64,000 nt of DNA from a virus (taxonomy: Duplodnaviria > Heunggongvirae > Uroviricota > Caudoviricetes): the IMG/VR virus record IMGVR_UViG_3300032007_000008; one strand, given 5' to 3'. The notes under the pieces were generated by a model. That model had not been told where the DNA came from. It saw only the letters and a list, made by a program, of their open reading frames with translations, and did no database searches. The translations under genes and the position numbers were made by a program. Positions 38,211-48,117 of this stretch are shown in pieces. Position 1 is the first letter of the stretch. The number at the start of each line of letters is the position of its first letter.

Positions 38211-38813
38211 TTACGATTCCCTCTTGTAGTTTCGGGATGCGGCGTGTATTCCATCCTTCATGTTCATGTGAAGGGTTGCCACGCGGTTCTCCAAGTTCTG
38301 TTGCAGTATGTCGAACAGTGCGGAAATCCAATCCTTCGTCGTGTCCGCGTCCTTTTGCAGTTCCGTGAGGGTCTGTAGCCGATTTGCCTCCGTTATGCGC
38401 TTGCGGTAGTCGTTGAACGATGCCGTGTTCGCAAAGCTATATCCAGACAGAGTTCGTCCCTTTTCTCCGCCGCCGCCAACCTCATAGGTCGAATTGCGCG
38501 AGGGAAGATAGGCATAGACCTTCTCAATCGAGACGCTTCCGTTGTGGTTGAACGAAATCTGGAAGAACGCGCCCTTGTTTCCCCCAATCTTGCAGAAGGT
38601 GCGGCTTGTCAGTTCGGGGAACAGTTCCTTGTGGGATGCGATGAGGTCGCCTATCGTGTTCATGGACGATTCCATGTCGTCAAGCGCGTCGAGACAGTAT
38701 TTCCGTATCCTGTCGCATTGCTCCGTCATTTCCGCCATAGTGTCGCGCAAGTCCTTCTCTTCGCGGATGAGCGCGGTGATTTTGTCAAGCATTGCCTGTC
38801 GTTCTGGCTTCAT
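38211..38813 (-). CDS. hypothetical early coiled-coil protein
   Basis: First gene after module. Confidence 0.75.
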   Translation of the reverse strand: MKPERQAMLDKITALIREEKDLRDTMAEMTEQCDRIRKYCLDALDDMESSMNTIGDLIASHKELFPELTSRTFCKIGGNKGAFFQISFNHNGSVSIEKVYAYLPSRNSTYEVGGGGEKGRTLSGYSFANTASFNDYRKRITEANRLQTLTELQKDADTTKDWISALFDILQQNLENRVATLHMNMKDGIHAASRNYKRES

Positions 38814-39000
38814 TTGATTCTCCTTTGTGTTCCTTGAAAACGCCGCCTATTATAGCATAATAGGGTATCCGCGTCAAGGGGTCTGCCAAAAAAAAGGAAA
38901 ATTTTTCCGCCGAAACCTCTTGACAAATCAGCTTCTCTCTGAAAAGGGTTTGCAGACAAAACAAAGAGCGGCGGATTTCTCCGCCGCTCCGTTTTCGCCG

Positions 39001-39432
39001 TCAGAGCCAACCGTATATGCCGCGCACAATGTCGGCAAGGGAGGTTGTGTAGCGGTAAAGGTCTTTTCTGGTGAACTCGCCCCTGTAAATCTTGTGCAGT
39101 AGCGGCTCGACATTCACGCCCTTCTTCACCATGCGGAACTCGATATGGTTCACGCCGTCATGGTGCGTTGCGTCCTTCATCACCTTCCGTCCCTTGACAT
39201 AGATGCGGATTGCGTCCTCGTTTCCGCAAGACATGATTTCGTTCAGGTTGTTTCCGCACAACTTGTAGCCCCAAGTCCGTCCGTGCCAAAGCCCCATGTC
39301 CGCGATTGCGAGAACCTGTCCGTCAAGCGCACGGTCAAGGTTGTGCATTTCGCTGGCGAAGAAGTCGCAGTCGCAGTTTTCCTCTTCGTCGAACCAGTCG
39401 GAATCGTAGATTACGTGGGTTGTTTTCTCCAT
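39001..39432 (-). CDS. hypothetical early protein
   Basis: IADMGLWHGR...HHDGVN motif. Confidence 0.8.
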   Translation of the reverse strand: MEKTTHVIYDSDWFDEEENCDCDFFASEMHNLDRALDGQVLAIADMGLWHGRTWGYKLCGNNLNEIMSCGNEDAIRIYVKGRKVMKDATHHDGVNHIEFRMVKKGVNVEPLLHKIYRGEFTRKDLYRYTTSLADIVRGIYGWL

Positions 39433-39443
39433 TGTTTTCTCCT

Positions 39444-39650
39444 TTACTTGTCAGCCTTGATTTCGTTTTCGTCAAGATACCACGGCTCGGTTTCTCCTTC
39501 GACGGCAACCTTGAACTTGCCGTCCGTGTCGCGTCCAATGACGGTGCCGCGAATACCGGCCATCACGAACTTCGTATTGTCACGCGGAATCGCTCCTGTC
39601 GTGATTACACTGTCTCCGTTTTTGAAAACTGCGTTTTCGTTCATCGCCAT
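39444..39650 (-). CDS. small SH3/KOW-like protein
   Basis: FKNGDSV...GTV; first after module. Confidence 0.7.
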   Translation of the reverse strand: MAMNENAVFKNGDSVITTGAIPRDNTKFVMAGIRGTVIGRDTDGKFKVAVEGETEPWYLDENEIKADK

Positions 39651-39726
39651 TCTCCTTTTGTCCCTTGAACGCCGCCTATTATATCATAATAGGGCTTTCG
39701 GTGTCAAGGGGGTCATGGAAGATTTT

Positions 39727-39915
39727 TCAGTTTTCCGTAAGGTCGAAGCCATCCTCAATGTCCACGCCGAACTGATTGATGCACTCGTCATGGGCGTAGG
39801 CTCTTTCGACATCTTCGTCCCTTCCCCATTTCTTCTCGTCATAGGGAATCGAAATCTTGTCCGTGTTCGTCTGCTCTTCTCCGCAGACCTTGTAGTTGGT
39901 CACTTCGAGGGTCAT
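39727..39915 (-). CDS. acidic hypothetical early protein
   Basis: First gene after module. Confidence 0.7.
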   Translation of the reverse strand: MTLEVTNYKVCGEEQTNTDKISIPYDEKKWGRDEDVERAYAHDECINQFGVDIEDGFDLTEN

Positions 39916-40066
39916 TTCGTTTCTCCTTTTCGTTCCTTGAAAACGCGCCTATTATAACATAATAGGTTGTCCGTGTCAAGTGGGTCGCAGAAGATTTTTT
40001 CGATTTTTGTCCCTTGACAAATCAGCTTCTCGGAGTAAAGGTTTCTTTCAAAAAAAAAACGCGGTG

Positions 40067-40219
40067 TCAGTCCGCGTCTTTCGCAAGCCGATTCAGTCTC
40101 CGCCTGTCGGTTGAAGCATACATATAGCAACCCTTGCACTTGTGCTTGCCGTCACCCTTCGGGTAGACCCTCGTTCCGTGGTTGTTTTGGATTTTGACCT
40201 TTTTAGATTGGCTTGCCAT
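40067..40219 (-). CDS. small basic protein
   Basis: AAGGA RBS; CxxC. Confidence 0.55.
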   Translation of the reverse strand: MASQSKKVKIQNNHGTRVYPKGDGKHKCKGCYMYASTDRRRLNRLAKDAD

Positions 40220-40280
40220 ATTTCTGTCCTTTAATCGTGTTCCGCCGCTATCTCCTATCGGCATCCTCTTCCGTCATGGC

Positions 40281-40418
40281 TCACCAGCCCTCCTGCTTCA
40301 GCCGAAGTTTCAGCCGCGACCGCGTGTTCGCCTTGTCCTTTTTCGTCCTAATCGTGCGCGTTGCGGTCGAAAACGACGGAACGAAACGGACGGAACGAAT
40401 GTCGATTGTCTTTTTCAT
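40281..40418 (-). CDS. small basic protein
   Basis: First gene after module. Confidence 0.65.
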   Translation of the reverse strand: MKKTIDIRSVRFVPSFSTATRTIRTKKDKANTRSRLKLRLKQEGW

Positions 40419-40500
40419 GGTTTCTCCTTTATCCCTTGAACGCCGCCTATTATAACATAATAGGGGTGTCGGTGTCAATAGGGGAAACGCATTTTTTTAT

Positions 40501-40872
40501 TTACCAATTATTCATTCCGTTGCGCTCGTAGAACTCGGCGCGGCGCATCACGGCAGACGGAATGTTCCAATGGTAGAACGGATGGTTGGCATCGTCAAGG
40601 TTTGTCTTGCCGTCCAACTGCCTAATCTGACCCGGCCTTGCGAACTTCGTGGTGACGAGCCGCCTTGTGCGGACATTGAACACGGCTATAATCGCGTTGT
40701 CCGTGAGGACATGGTATTCCGGACCGTTCACATGACCCTTGTCCCAATAAATGCAGGCTATGCGCTTTCCATATCCGCCGTTCTGCCTTATCAGCGCATC
40801 ACGGCTACCGCGCTCCTGCGCATAGTGGTCGGTAAGACCGTTTTCGAGCATCAGTTCTTTTTCGTTTGCCAT
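40501..40872 (-). CDS. hypothetical early protein
   Basis: DKGHVNGPEYH...ARPGQI motif. Confidence 0.8.
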   Translation of the reverse strand: MANEKELMLENGLTDHYAQERGSRDALIRQNGGYGKRIACIYWDKGHVNGPEYHVLTDNAIIAVFNVRTRRLVTTKFARPGQIRQLDGKTNLDDANHPFYHWNIPSAVMRRAEFYERNGMNNW

Positions 40873-41059
40873 CTTCAAACTCCTTTTGTCCCTTGAACGC
40901 CGCCTATTATATCATAATAGGGCTTTCGGTGTCAAGCGGAATCTTTCATTTTTTTTTGTCGAAAAACTCCTTGACAAATCAGCTTCTCTCTGTAAAGATA
41001 TTTAGGCGCAAAAGGGAAACGGAGCGAAAGCCCCGTCCCCTCGGCAAGTTTGGCCGTCC

Positions 41060-41383
41060 TTACTTGTTATCGTCCTTCACGGACAGTTTCGGGTAGGTGG
41101 TCTTGCGGTAGCAGTCATCCGTGATTTTGATTTTGAACTTCTTTTCGACCTCTTCCGCGAGAAGGGTATCGCGTGAAGCGAACGTGCGGCTTGCCGTGTA
41201 GTCCCCTGCGGCAATCTCGTTGCCCTTCTTTTCGTCCATGAAGGCGTAGATGGCCGCTTTCAGCGATTCCATGCGCTCTGCGATGGCCTTTCCCTCCGCG
41301 TTGATTTTGAAATACTCGGCGAGAACCTTCTCCGCCATAGCCATATCCTTGATTTTGTCGAACTTGATGTCCTTTTTAGCCAT
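41060..41383 (-). CDS. hypothetical early protein
   Basis: AGGAGA RBS; coiled coil. Confidence 0.75.
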   Translation of the reverse strand: MAKKDIKFDKIKDMAMAEKVLAEYFKINAEGKAIAERMESLKAAIYAFMDEKKGNEIAAGDYTASRTFASRDTLLAEEVEKKFKIKITDDCYRKTTYPKLSVKDDNK

Positions 41384-41421
41384 TTTGATGTCTCCTGTTG
41401 TTTTTGATGTCGGTGAAAGCC

Positions 41422-41622
41422 TTACTCGTCCACGGCGCGTTTCAGCCGTTCAAGAGTTTCGATATACCGCTCCAACTCTTCGATGTTGTCGAGGTGCATT
41501 TGTGCGGTCTGCTCGTCCGGAGAGCCGTTCGCCCACAGCCGCTCGTTCGAGATTGAGCCTTTCGTTTCCGCGATTTCCGCGTCATACATGGCTTTAAGCC
41601 ATTCGCTGATGTTTCCGTTCAT
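41422..41622 (-). CDS. hypothetical early protein
   Basis: SNERLWANGS...HLDNI; first after module. Confidence 0.75.
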   Translation of the reverse strand: MNGNISEWLKAMYDAEIAETKGSISNERLWANGSPDEQTAQMHLDNIEELERYIETLERLKRAVDE

Positions 41623-41705
41623 TGTTTTCCCCTTTTATGTCCTTGAAACGCCGCCTATTATATCATAATAGGGTTTTCGTGTCAAGGGGGTTTTTGATTT
41701 TTTCT

Positions 41706-42149
41706 TTACTCGCAGTCTCCGCTCACATCCTCCATGAACTGCGCCCAGTTGTATTTGAGGTTGTATGTGCCGAACGCGGTGAAATACCAACCGACAGACC
41801 ATTCCCTGAACTCGTCCACATCCTCGCCGCCCATGTTCGCGTCTATCTTCTCTATCAACGCCCTGAATGATTGTCCCTTGTGTTCGCGCTCGTAGTCGTA
41901 CCGAATGTCGCAGAAGTTGCCGACCATGCTCGTATCGTCCCTATGCACATAGGTGTCGAAACTCTTTATAGTCTCTTCGATTATTCCGTCCACATATTCG
42001 TCCATGTAATCGTCCGCGCAGTCCTTCATGTAGCGGACGTAATCACCAGCAGTCTCGTCCCATGACTCTACGGCTTCCCGCAAGGTTTCCTCTATCGCGC
42101 TCTTGAACTTCTGAACGTCGAAATATGGGCTTTTCTTTTCCGTGTCCAT
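41706..42149 (-). CDS. acidic hypothetical early protein
   Basis: AAGGAGA RBS. Confidence 0.75.
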   Translation of the reverse strand: MDTEKKSPYFDVQKFKSAIEETLREAVESWDETAGDYVRYMKDCADDYMDEYVDGIIEETIKSFDTYVHRDDTSMVGNFCDIRYDYEREHKGQSFRALIEKIDANMGGEDVDEFREWSVGWYFTAFGTYNLKYNWAQFMEDVSGDCE

Positions 42150-42161
42150 GATGCGTTCTCC

Positions 42162-42419
42162 TTACTCGTCCTCGTCCTCGTCCTCTTTTGGCTTGCCGTT
42201 TTCGTCAAGTCCCAAGGCTTCGTAGACCTGCGCTCGGTCGTGCCACAGATAGTCGTTGATTTCCGTGTCGGTAGGCGGCACTTCACAGTCAGCGAACATC
42301 ATCTCCAGATGCTCCTGCAACTCGTCCATAAGTTCCGCGTCCTTGATATCCCGTATGGTGTCGCAAGCACCGCTCCACCACGGAAACTTCCAAACGTCCA
42401 ACTCTGTCTGATAATACAT
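42162..42419 (-). CDS. acidic hypothetical early protein
   Basis: FPWWSGACDT...TEINDYLW motif; first after module. Confidence 0.8.
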   Translation of the reverse strand: MYYQTELDVWKFPWWSGACDTIRDIKDAELMDELQEHLEMMFADCEVPPTDTEINDYLWHDRAQVYEALGLDENGKPKEDEDEDE

Positions 42420-42576
42420 TTGATTCTCCTTTGATGTCCTCAAAACGCCGCCTATTATAGCATAATAGGGTTTCCGTGTCAAGGGGTAATCTGAAAAAAA
42501 AAAACAAAAAAAAATGTCAAGAAAATGCTTGACAAATCCACTTCTCGGCTGATGCGCATTTTTTCGCATTGCCGCT

Positions 42577-42605
42577 TGACTTTTCATCCGCGTTATGGTA
42601 AGATT
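42577..42605 (+). promoter_or_regulatory. counter-oriented promoter without a gene
   Basis: TTGACT-17bp-TAAGAT followed by leader-like GGGCGTTTTTCAAAAGACA. Confidence 0.5.
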
Positions 42606-42685
42606 GTGGGCGTTTTTCAAAAGACAGAAAAGGCGCGACCGATAACGGACGCGCCAACTGTTCCAAGGCTCGGCAACGCCGCGCC

Positions 42686-42958
42686 CTATCCCCTTTTGCA
42701 ATCCTCCGTGGGGGTATCAGCCGCTTTAGGCTCACCGCCCCACTTTGCAGTATCTGCGGCAGTTTCGGCCTTCTGCTTCGCCGCGTTTTCCGTCTCCTTG
42801 CGGATTCGTTCTGCGTTCTTCCGTTCCTGCTCTTCGATTTTCGTGTGATTCTTCATCATCCACTCCTGAAAGTCCCGTGGATGCCTGAACTCTGGGGAAT
42901 ACTGCGTCTCTCCCTTCTCGTTCCACCACACGTAGGTCATGTTGAAGTTCTGTCTCAT
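42686..42958 (-). CDS. hypothetical early protein
   Basis: AGGAG RBS. Confidence 0.65.
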   Translation of the reverse strand: MRQNFNMTYVWWNEKGETQYSPEFRHPRDFQEWMMKNHTKIEEQERKNAERIRKETENAAKQKAETAADTAKWGGEPKAADTPTEDCKRG

Positions 42959-43035
42959 GCTCCTAAACCCTCCATGTCATATCCGCTCATTGCGAAAACC
43001 GCCTATTCACATTGTATCTAATCCACATACAGCCG

Positions 43036-43449
43036 TCAGACAAGGCTCACCCTGTCCTCCAGCCAATGAAGGAAAGCGGCGGACAATCCACATTCCGGAG
43101 CGAACACGTTGTGCGTTGTGATGTACTCCATGTAAAGTTCCACAAGGTTCGGCCTGCCGGTCCTCTCGGCTCTGTCCGTGTTGTCCTCGTAGAACATGAG
43201 GGCGTATTCGTCGAAACCGCCGTTGTCCACGGTCACGACCTCCCAAAGCGGCATACATATTCCCTCCGCGCACTCGTTCGGTGTGCGCTCCCTAACCTGC
43301 CAACCCTCCACAACCTTCTCGTAGTAGGTGAAATTTCCGCTTTTGTCGAAATGCGGGTTCTTGAAGTTCCGCCTATACTTGCCTGCCGAATAGGGTTCCA
43401 TAATCTTGAGCATTTCGCTCGCGCTGATTACCATGCAGTTCGCTTTCAT
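43036..43449 (-). CDS. hypothetical early protein
   Basis: First gene after module. Confidence 0.75.
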   Translation of the reverse strand: MKANCMVISASEMLKIMEPYSAGKYRRNFKNPHFDKSGNFTYYEKVVEGWQVRERTPNECAEGICMPLWEVVTVDNGGFDEYALMFYEDNTDRAERTGRPNLVELYMEYITTHNVFAPECGLSAAFLHWLEDRVSLV

Positions 43450-43505
43450 GAAGTCTCCTTTTGTGCCTTAAACGCCGACCATTATACCATAACTCGGCTT
43501 TGATG

Positions 43506-43967
43506 TCAATCCCAATAATTCGCCACGTGTCCGCATTTTGAGCACTCTCCGCCCTCCCATCCGTCGAACGAATGGCAGTTCGGGCAATACGGCATATCAA
43601 CCCTCTTCCAATGCTTCAATCCCTGTTTCCTCGCCCATTCCTCGAATAACTGGCTTTCCTGCCGCCCAATGAGATAGGCGCGTGAGTTGTAGTCGCTATA
43701 GTGGAAGTCCTCGCGCTTTGTCTCGTCATTCTTCGGTTCGGGCTTCTTCGGCGGAATCACCTTTCCGTTTCCGTATGCCGTTGCTATTTCGTTCAGCACC
43801 TTTTGGCTCACGTCATCCTCGCTACAGGAGAACTTGCAGTTGGGGTAGTTTGAGCAACCGACGAACACGCCGTACTTTCCACGCCGCTCCACAAGTGCGC
43901 AACCGCATTTTGGGCAACGTTCGTAGTTGTGCGGCGGCTCGATTTCACAATCGTCGTAAAGGCTCAT
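43506..43967 (-). CDS. topoisomerase-type C4 zinc-finger protein
   Basis: CPKCG..LVERRGKYGVFVGCSNYPNCKF plus C-terminal CxxC pairs. Confidence 0.82.
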   Translation of the reverse strand: MSLYDDCEIEPPHNYERCPKCGCALVERRGKYGVFVGCSNYPNCKFSCSEDDVSQKVLNEIATAYGNGKVIPPKKPEPKNDETKREDFHYSDYNSRAYLIGRQESQLFEEWARKQGLKHWKRVDMPYCPNCHSFDGWEGGECSKCGHVANYWD

Positions 43968-43970
43968 GGC

Positions 43971-44213
43971 TCAACTCTGCAAATCGGGAAAGACCGTGCT
44001 TGTGAAATTGTCGCAATGCCCAAGCACCTCGATTGAACTCCGCGCAGGGCCGTTCGCCCCATAGTAGAGGATGCGGTGGCTCACTGGGGAGAAAATGCAC
44101 AGTTTGCACGAATCTCCACTGCACTCGTAAACGTAGCCAACGACGATGATGTTGTCCTGTCCGTCGTAGCGGATGATGTCCCCTACGCGAATCCTGTTTT
44201 TCGTGTCGCTCAC
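43971..44213 (-). CDS. hypothetical early protein
   Basis: Coupled ORF. Confidence 0.6.
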   Translation of the reverse strand: MSDTKNRIRVGDIIRYDGQDNIIVVGYVYECSGDSCKLCIFSPVSHRILYYGANGPARSSIEVLGHCDNFTSTVFPDLQS

Positions 44214-44362
44214 TTCCTGTTCCTCCTACGCGCAACCTTTGCCGACTTCTTCGCCTTTATGCGCTTCTCGGCTCTCTGCTTCTCGCACCGCGTCCTCATC
44301 GGACCATACACGTCAAGCGCGTATGCTATGCGGCTTCTTCCAAAATCGCTCCTTCTCGACAT
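44210..44362 (-). CDS. small very basic protein
   Basis: AGGAG RBS after module; ends KKSAKVARRRNRK. Confidence 0.6.
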   Translation of the reverse strand: MSRRSDFGRSRIAYALDVYGPMRTRCEKQRAEKRIKAKKSAKVARRRNRK

Positions 44363-44597
44363 TTCAACTGCTCCTATTTTGAACTCTGTTGTCCCTTGAA
44401 CGCCGACCATTATACCAAAACCGCCTTTCAAAGTCAAGGGGTCTGAACAAAAAAAAACATTCATTTTTCTCTTGACATTGCAGCTTCTCGGTATATTGAT
44501 TCCGCAATATGACAAAAGGAGACGCACCTTTGTCGGGTGCGTCTCCGGGGGTTTTGTGCGTGTCGTGTTGTGTTGTGTGCGTGGTTGCACCGTCCCG

Positions 44598-44783
44598 TCA
44601 GAACGGGAAATCGTCAGGGGTAAACTCCGTGCCGCCAAACTCCGCTTCAAGTTCCTCGTCCGTGATTAGAGAGTCCGCGTCAGCAAGTTCGCCGTATGAT
44701 ACGCCTTCGCTTTCGGTCTTTCGCGTCAGCAAATCCTGTTTCAGCATCAGCCGCTGGTCTCGATTGAGGTCTTTCAGTCTCAT
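44598..44783 (-). CDS. hypothetical early protein
   Basis: LNRDQ..LKQ...SYGELA...FTPDDF motif. Confidence 0.75.
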   Translation of the reverse strand: MRLKDLNRDQRLMLKQDLLTRKTESEGVSYGELADADSLITDEELEAEFGGTEFTPDDFPF

Positions 44784-45055
44784 TTTCTCTCCTTTAGCGA
44801 TTCGTGAACGGCGAAACGGCAATCCGCGTATTCGTAGTGTCCTGTGAAGAAAAGCGCGTTCCAGATGTCACCATAGCAGTTCTTCAGGCTTCCGCGCCCT
44901 CCGTTTTCGCCGTCACCGTCCCCAAGTTCGCGGATTATGCAGTCGGCAAGGAATGTGCAGGCTTCGTGCTTTTCTGCGGGCATACGGTAGAAGAGTATGG
45001 TTTCCTCTCCGTTCTCCTTGACAAGATAACCAGAGACAATGTATATACCGGCCAT
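44780..45055 (-). CDS. hypothetical early protein
   Basis: Coupled ORF. Confidence 0.65.
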   Translation of the reverse strand: MAGIYIVSGYLVKENGEETILFYRMPAEKHEACTFLADCIIRELGDGDGENGGRGSLKNCYGDIWNALFFTGHYEYADCRFAVHESLKERK

Positions 45056-45360
45056 CACTTCACCAACCTTTTCATTGAATAGGTCATGCCAAAACCATTG
45101 TGGCAGAACTCGTAATCGTTGGTCAGTCTGTTCCCGACATACTCCGAAAGGGCTTCCTCGTTGAGAAGCAGGTCTCCCGTGTCGAAATCCTCGCACAATA
45201 TCCCTTCGTCAATAAGGGTTTTCTTGTCAAACTCGTAGTCCACCGCAGCGGGAAGTTCAGGCTCTCCGTTCTCCGCGTCCACGTCCTCTGGGTCAATGTC
45301 CCAGTCGATGTTCGTGGCGGAAACTTTCACAATGTCGAAGTTGTTGCTGAATGTAGGCAT
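45055..45360 (-). CDS. acidic hypothetical early protein
   Basis: NIDWD...ELP...LTNDYEFCHNGF motif; first after module. Confidence 0.75.
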   Translation of the reverse strand: MPTFSNNFDIVKVSATNIDWDIDPEDVDAENGEPELPAAVDYEFDKKTLIDEGILCEDFDTGDLLLNEEALSEYVGNRLTNDYEFCHNGFGMTYSMKRLVK

Positions 45361-45418
45361 TTGTTTTCTCCTTTTGTCCTTGAAACGCCGCCTATTATAG
45401 CATAAACGGCTTTTCGTG

Positions 45419-45724
45419 TCAAGTGCGTTTGCAGAACTTTTCCCAATTTTCCACGCCAAGCACCTTTGCAGTCTCCGCAAACGCATGAAACCAGAACTTT
45501 TCTCCGTTTTCGTCCTCGCACATGAGGGCTATGCCGTCATTTCGCGGACGGACGGCGAGACGGGACGGGTCGCACCATCCAACCGCGCTCTTCTTCACCG
45601 CCTTGAAGTAGTTGTCCTTCTCGAAAATGTCGGGATACATCGAATGGAGAAGGCCGAGCCTGTCACCGAAGTTCAATTCGTACCGCTCGTATGTGAACAA
45701 TTCAGGATTCAATTCCGGCAACAT
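45419..45724 (-). CDS. hypothetical early protein
   Basis: AAGGAG RBS. Confidence 0.7.
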   Translation of the reverse strand: MLPELNPELFTYERYELNFGDRLGLLHSMYPDIFEKDNYFKAVKKSAVGWCDPSRLAVRPRNDGIALMCEDENGEKFWFHAFAETAKVLGVENWEKFCKRT

Positions 45725-45727
45725 GGC

Positions 45728-45925
45728 TCAAAACTCCTTCGGCCACCCATCGTCACCCTCGCAGTTGTAGTTGAGGGGTTCCGCGTCCACATAGTCCATC
45801 TTGGAAAGGTCTGCGTCCCCAAAGGCTTCGATAGCCGCTTCACGCGCTTCCTCAGGCGTCTCCGCTTCGACCTCGACCGTGATTCTTCCGTCCACCTTCA
45901 TGCTCACGCTGAACTTCTTTTTCAT
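45728..45925 (-). CDS. DpnD/PcfM-like small protein
   Basis: VEVEAETPEEAREAA; first after module. Confidence 0.7.
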   Translation of the reverse strand: MKKKFSVSMKVDGRITVEVEAETPEEAREAAIEAFGDADLSKMDYVDAEPLNYNCEGDDGWPKEF

Positions 45926-46107
45926 GGTTTTCTCCTTTAGATGCCGCCTATTATAGCACAACAGGATTTCAAAGTCAAGGGGGATGCGAAAGAAAATCAA
46001 AAAAAAGTCTTTGTTTTCTCTTGACAAATCCTCTTCTCCGTGGAGCGGTTGCGCATTTCCAATAAGAAGGACGCGGCGCAGTCCACGTCCTTCGGCTATC
46101 GAATCTC

Positions 46108-46308
46108 TTACGAGCAATCAGCTTCTCCGTCCTCGTCCGTGTAGCCATGCCCCTCGTCAGGCGTCGTGTAGAAGGCCGGAATCTGCTCCCAATCTGGATT
46201 CAATTCGGCGCGTTCCACGGCAATCTGCCGAGCCTGCTCGTAGTCATCCGCTTCGATGCCCTCGAAGGTCATCGTCTTTTCAAGCGTCACGTCAATGTCG
46301 AATTTCAT
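46108..46308 (-). CDS. DpnD/PcfM-like small protein
   Basis: IEADDYEQARQIA; first after module. Confidence 0.7.
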   Translation of the reverse strand: MKFDIDVTLEKTMTFEGIEADDYEQARQIAVERAELNPDWEQIPAFYTTPDEGHGYTDEDGEADCS

Positions 46309-46346
46309 GGGTTTCTCCTTTTGTCCTTGAAACGCCGCCCATTATA

Positions 46347-46616
46347 TCAAATCGCGGAAACATTGTCAAGCGGCGGAAGCGAATCAAGGTCGAAAATGTC
46401 CCATACGCAACCGCTTTGCCCAACCACCGCCCACACCTCTCGCTTCGCAAGGTCGAACTTCTCGACCCCAATCCCATTTCCCACAAGGTTGTCATGGTAC
46501 GATGCCATGTCCTCTCCGACGAACTTCGCCGCCTTGTCCTTGTCTGGGTATCTGCCGAGAAGCCGCGTGTGTCCGTCGCAGGTCTCGCCATAGTCTGTAG
46601 CAGTCACGATAAACAT
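46347..46616 (-). CDS. hypothetical early protein
   Basis: First after module; C-terminus runs through the next promoter. Confidence 0.7.
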   Translation of the reverse strand: MFIVTATDYGETCDGHTRLLGRYPDKDKAAKFVGEDMASYHDNLVGNGIGVEKFDLAKREVWAVVGQSGCVWDIFDLDSLPPLDNVSAI

Positions 46617-46675
46617 GGTTTGTCTCCTTTGTGTCCTTTAGATGCCGCCTATTATAGCAAAACAGGATTTCAAAG

Positions 46676-46900
46676 TTAAGTGTCAATTTTGGAATAGTGG
46701 ATGATTGTGTAGTCCCTCGTCACGCCGTTCTTGTTCTTGTCGGTTCTCGTCTCCGTCCGTTCGTGCCTGTAGCCGCGTGGAGAGCAGTAGCAACCGTAGT
46801 ATGTGTTTCTTGAAACGCGCCGTCCGTCCACATAGTAGTGCGTGGCGTACATCATGCTTATACCGTTGAAAAGGGAAAAGTCGATTATCGTCACTTTCAT
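46676..46900 (-). CDS. hypothetical early protein
   Basis: YYVDGRRVSR motif. Confidence 0.65.
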   Translation of the reverse strand: MKVTIIDFSLFNGISMMYATHYYVDGRRVSRNTYYGCYCSPRGYRHERTETRTDKNKNGVTRDYTIIHYSKIDT

Positions 46901-47121
46901 ACCGTAATCTCCCTCTTGTGAATCTGCCATTCGATTTCGCAAATCACGCTTTCGGCCTTCCAGCAGTTTTCGCACATCTTGTCGCAATCTGCAAAAAGGA
47001 TGCCGTACTTTTCCATGTCCTTGCACATGAAGTCCATGGCTCCCTCGTAGTAGGGGAACACTTCGACCAGCGTGTCTATCCCCACGCCGATTGCGGTCAA
47101 TACGTAAATCGTCTTTTTCAT
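46897..47121 (-). CDS. hypothetical early protein
   Basis: Coupled ORF. Confidence 0.7.
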   Translation of the reverse strand: MKKTIYVLTAIGVGIDTLVEVFPYYEGAMDFMCKDMEKYGILFADCDKMCENCWKAESVICEIEWQIHKREITV

Positions 47122-47420
47122 ATCATGTCCTCCGCCAATGCGTCCGTGTCCTCGATAATGTCCTCGATGCGGTCAGATACGCCAATGTTCTTCAAACTCT
47201 TGCAGAAGTCGATAATGTCGTCAAGTGTCTCAAAATGCTTGTCGAAACCGTAAACCGCGTCCACGAACATATCGTAGCATTTCGCTCCCTTCTTCGTAAA
47301 GCACTCGATTACCTCCCCCTCCGCGTTCTTCTTGACGCGGGACAGTAGAAGTTTCTGCTTCTTTCCTCCGTTGAAGAAATTGGCGAGAAGTGCTTCCAGA
47401 TTTGTCGCTTCCTTGCTCAT
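47118..47420 (-). CDS. hypothetical early protein, paralog of 57314..57589
   Basis: LEALLA..NGGKK...FTKKG. Confidence 0.75.
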   Translation of the reverse strand: MSKEATNLEALLANFFNGGKKQKLLLSRVKKNAEGEVIECFTKKGAKCYDMFVDAVYGFDKHFETLDDIIDFCKSLKNIGVSDRIEDIIEDTDALAEDMI

Positions 47421-47603
47421 GTCGTTCTCCTTTTGTCCTTGAAACGCCGCCTATTATAGCACAACAGGATTGTGAAGTCAAGGCCGAAACGAAAGAAAGT
47501 CAAAAAAAAAACTTTCAGAAAGTCCTTGACAAATCAGCTTCTCTTTGGTAGGAATGTGCTTAAAATGAAATGGGGTGTGTCATTTTGACACACCCCAACT
47601 TCG

Positions 47604-48104
47604 TCAGTCGGCCAGAAGTTTATCAATCTCGGCCAAGTCCTCCGCGCTGATTTCATTGTAGAGCCACGAAGAGCCATACCGATAGCCGTGGTCGGTGTAG
47701 CACCGCCGCTTGCGCAACATCTTGCAGACCTCATCGAAGTCGAAACGATGCCCCTTGTCGAGCCACTCGTGGACGATTGCCGTCTGCTTGGGCGTTCCGG
47801 CCTTCATGTCATTGCAATGATTCCTGCGCCAAAGTTCAAAAATCTTCATGTAGAGTTTGTTTTTGCGCAGTACGGGACACAAGACGAGAATATCATCAAT
47901 GCACTGTCCGCAGATGTAGTAGTCCGTCCGCGATGCGTTCCAGATGCCACCTTCTGCGGCGAACACCGGCCGACCCTTTTCGTCATTGCGGAGTTCTATT
48001 TCAAGTTCGACCTCGTTCACGCGGCGGTTGCTGTAGATTGCAAATTTGCCGAACGAGATTACCTTGTGGCGGCGGTTGGGGTGGAGAAAATCCTTCATGC
48101 TCAT
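47604..48104 (-). CDS. hypothetical early protein
   Basis: GQCID...WRRNHCNDMKAGTPKQ...YRYGSSWL motif. Confidence 0.8.
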   Translation of the reverse strand: MSMKDFLHPNRRHKVISFGKFAIYSNRRVNEVELEIELRNDEKGRPVFAAEGGIWNASRTDYYICGQCIDDILVLCPVLRKNKLYMKIFELWRRNHCNDMKAGTPKQTAIVHEWLDKGHRFDFDEVCKMLRKRRCYTDHGYRYGSSWLYNEISAEDLAEIDKLLAD

Positions 48105-48117
48105 CGTTTTTCCCTCC

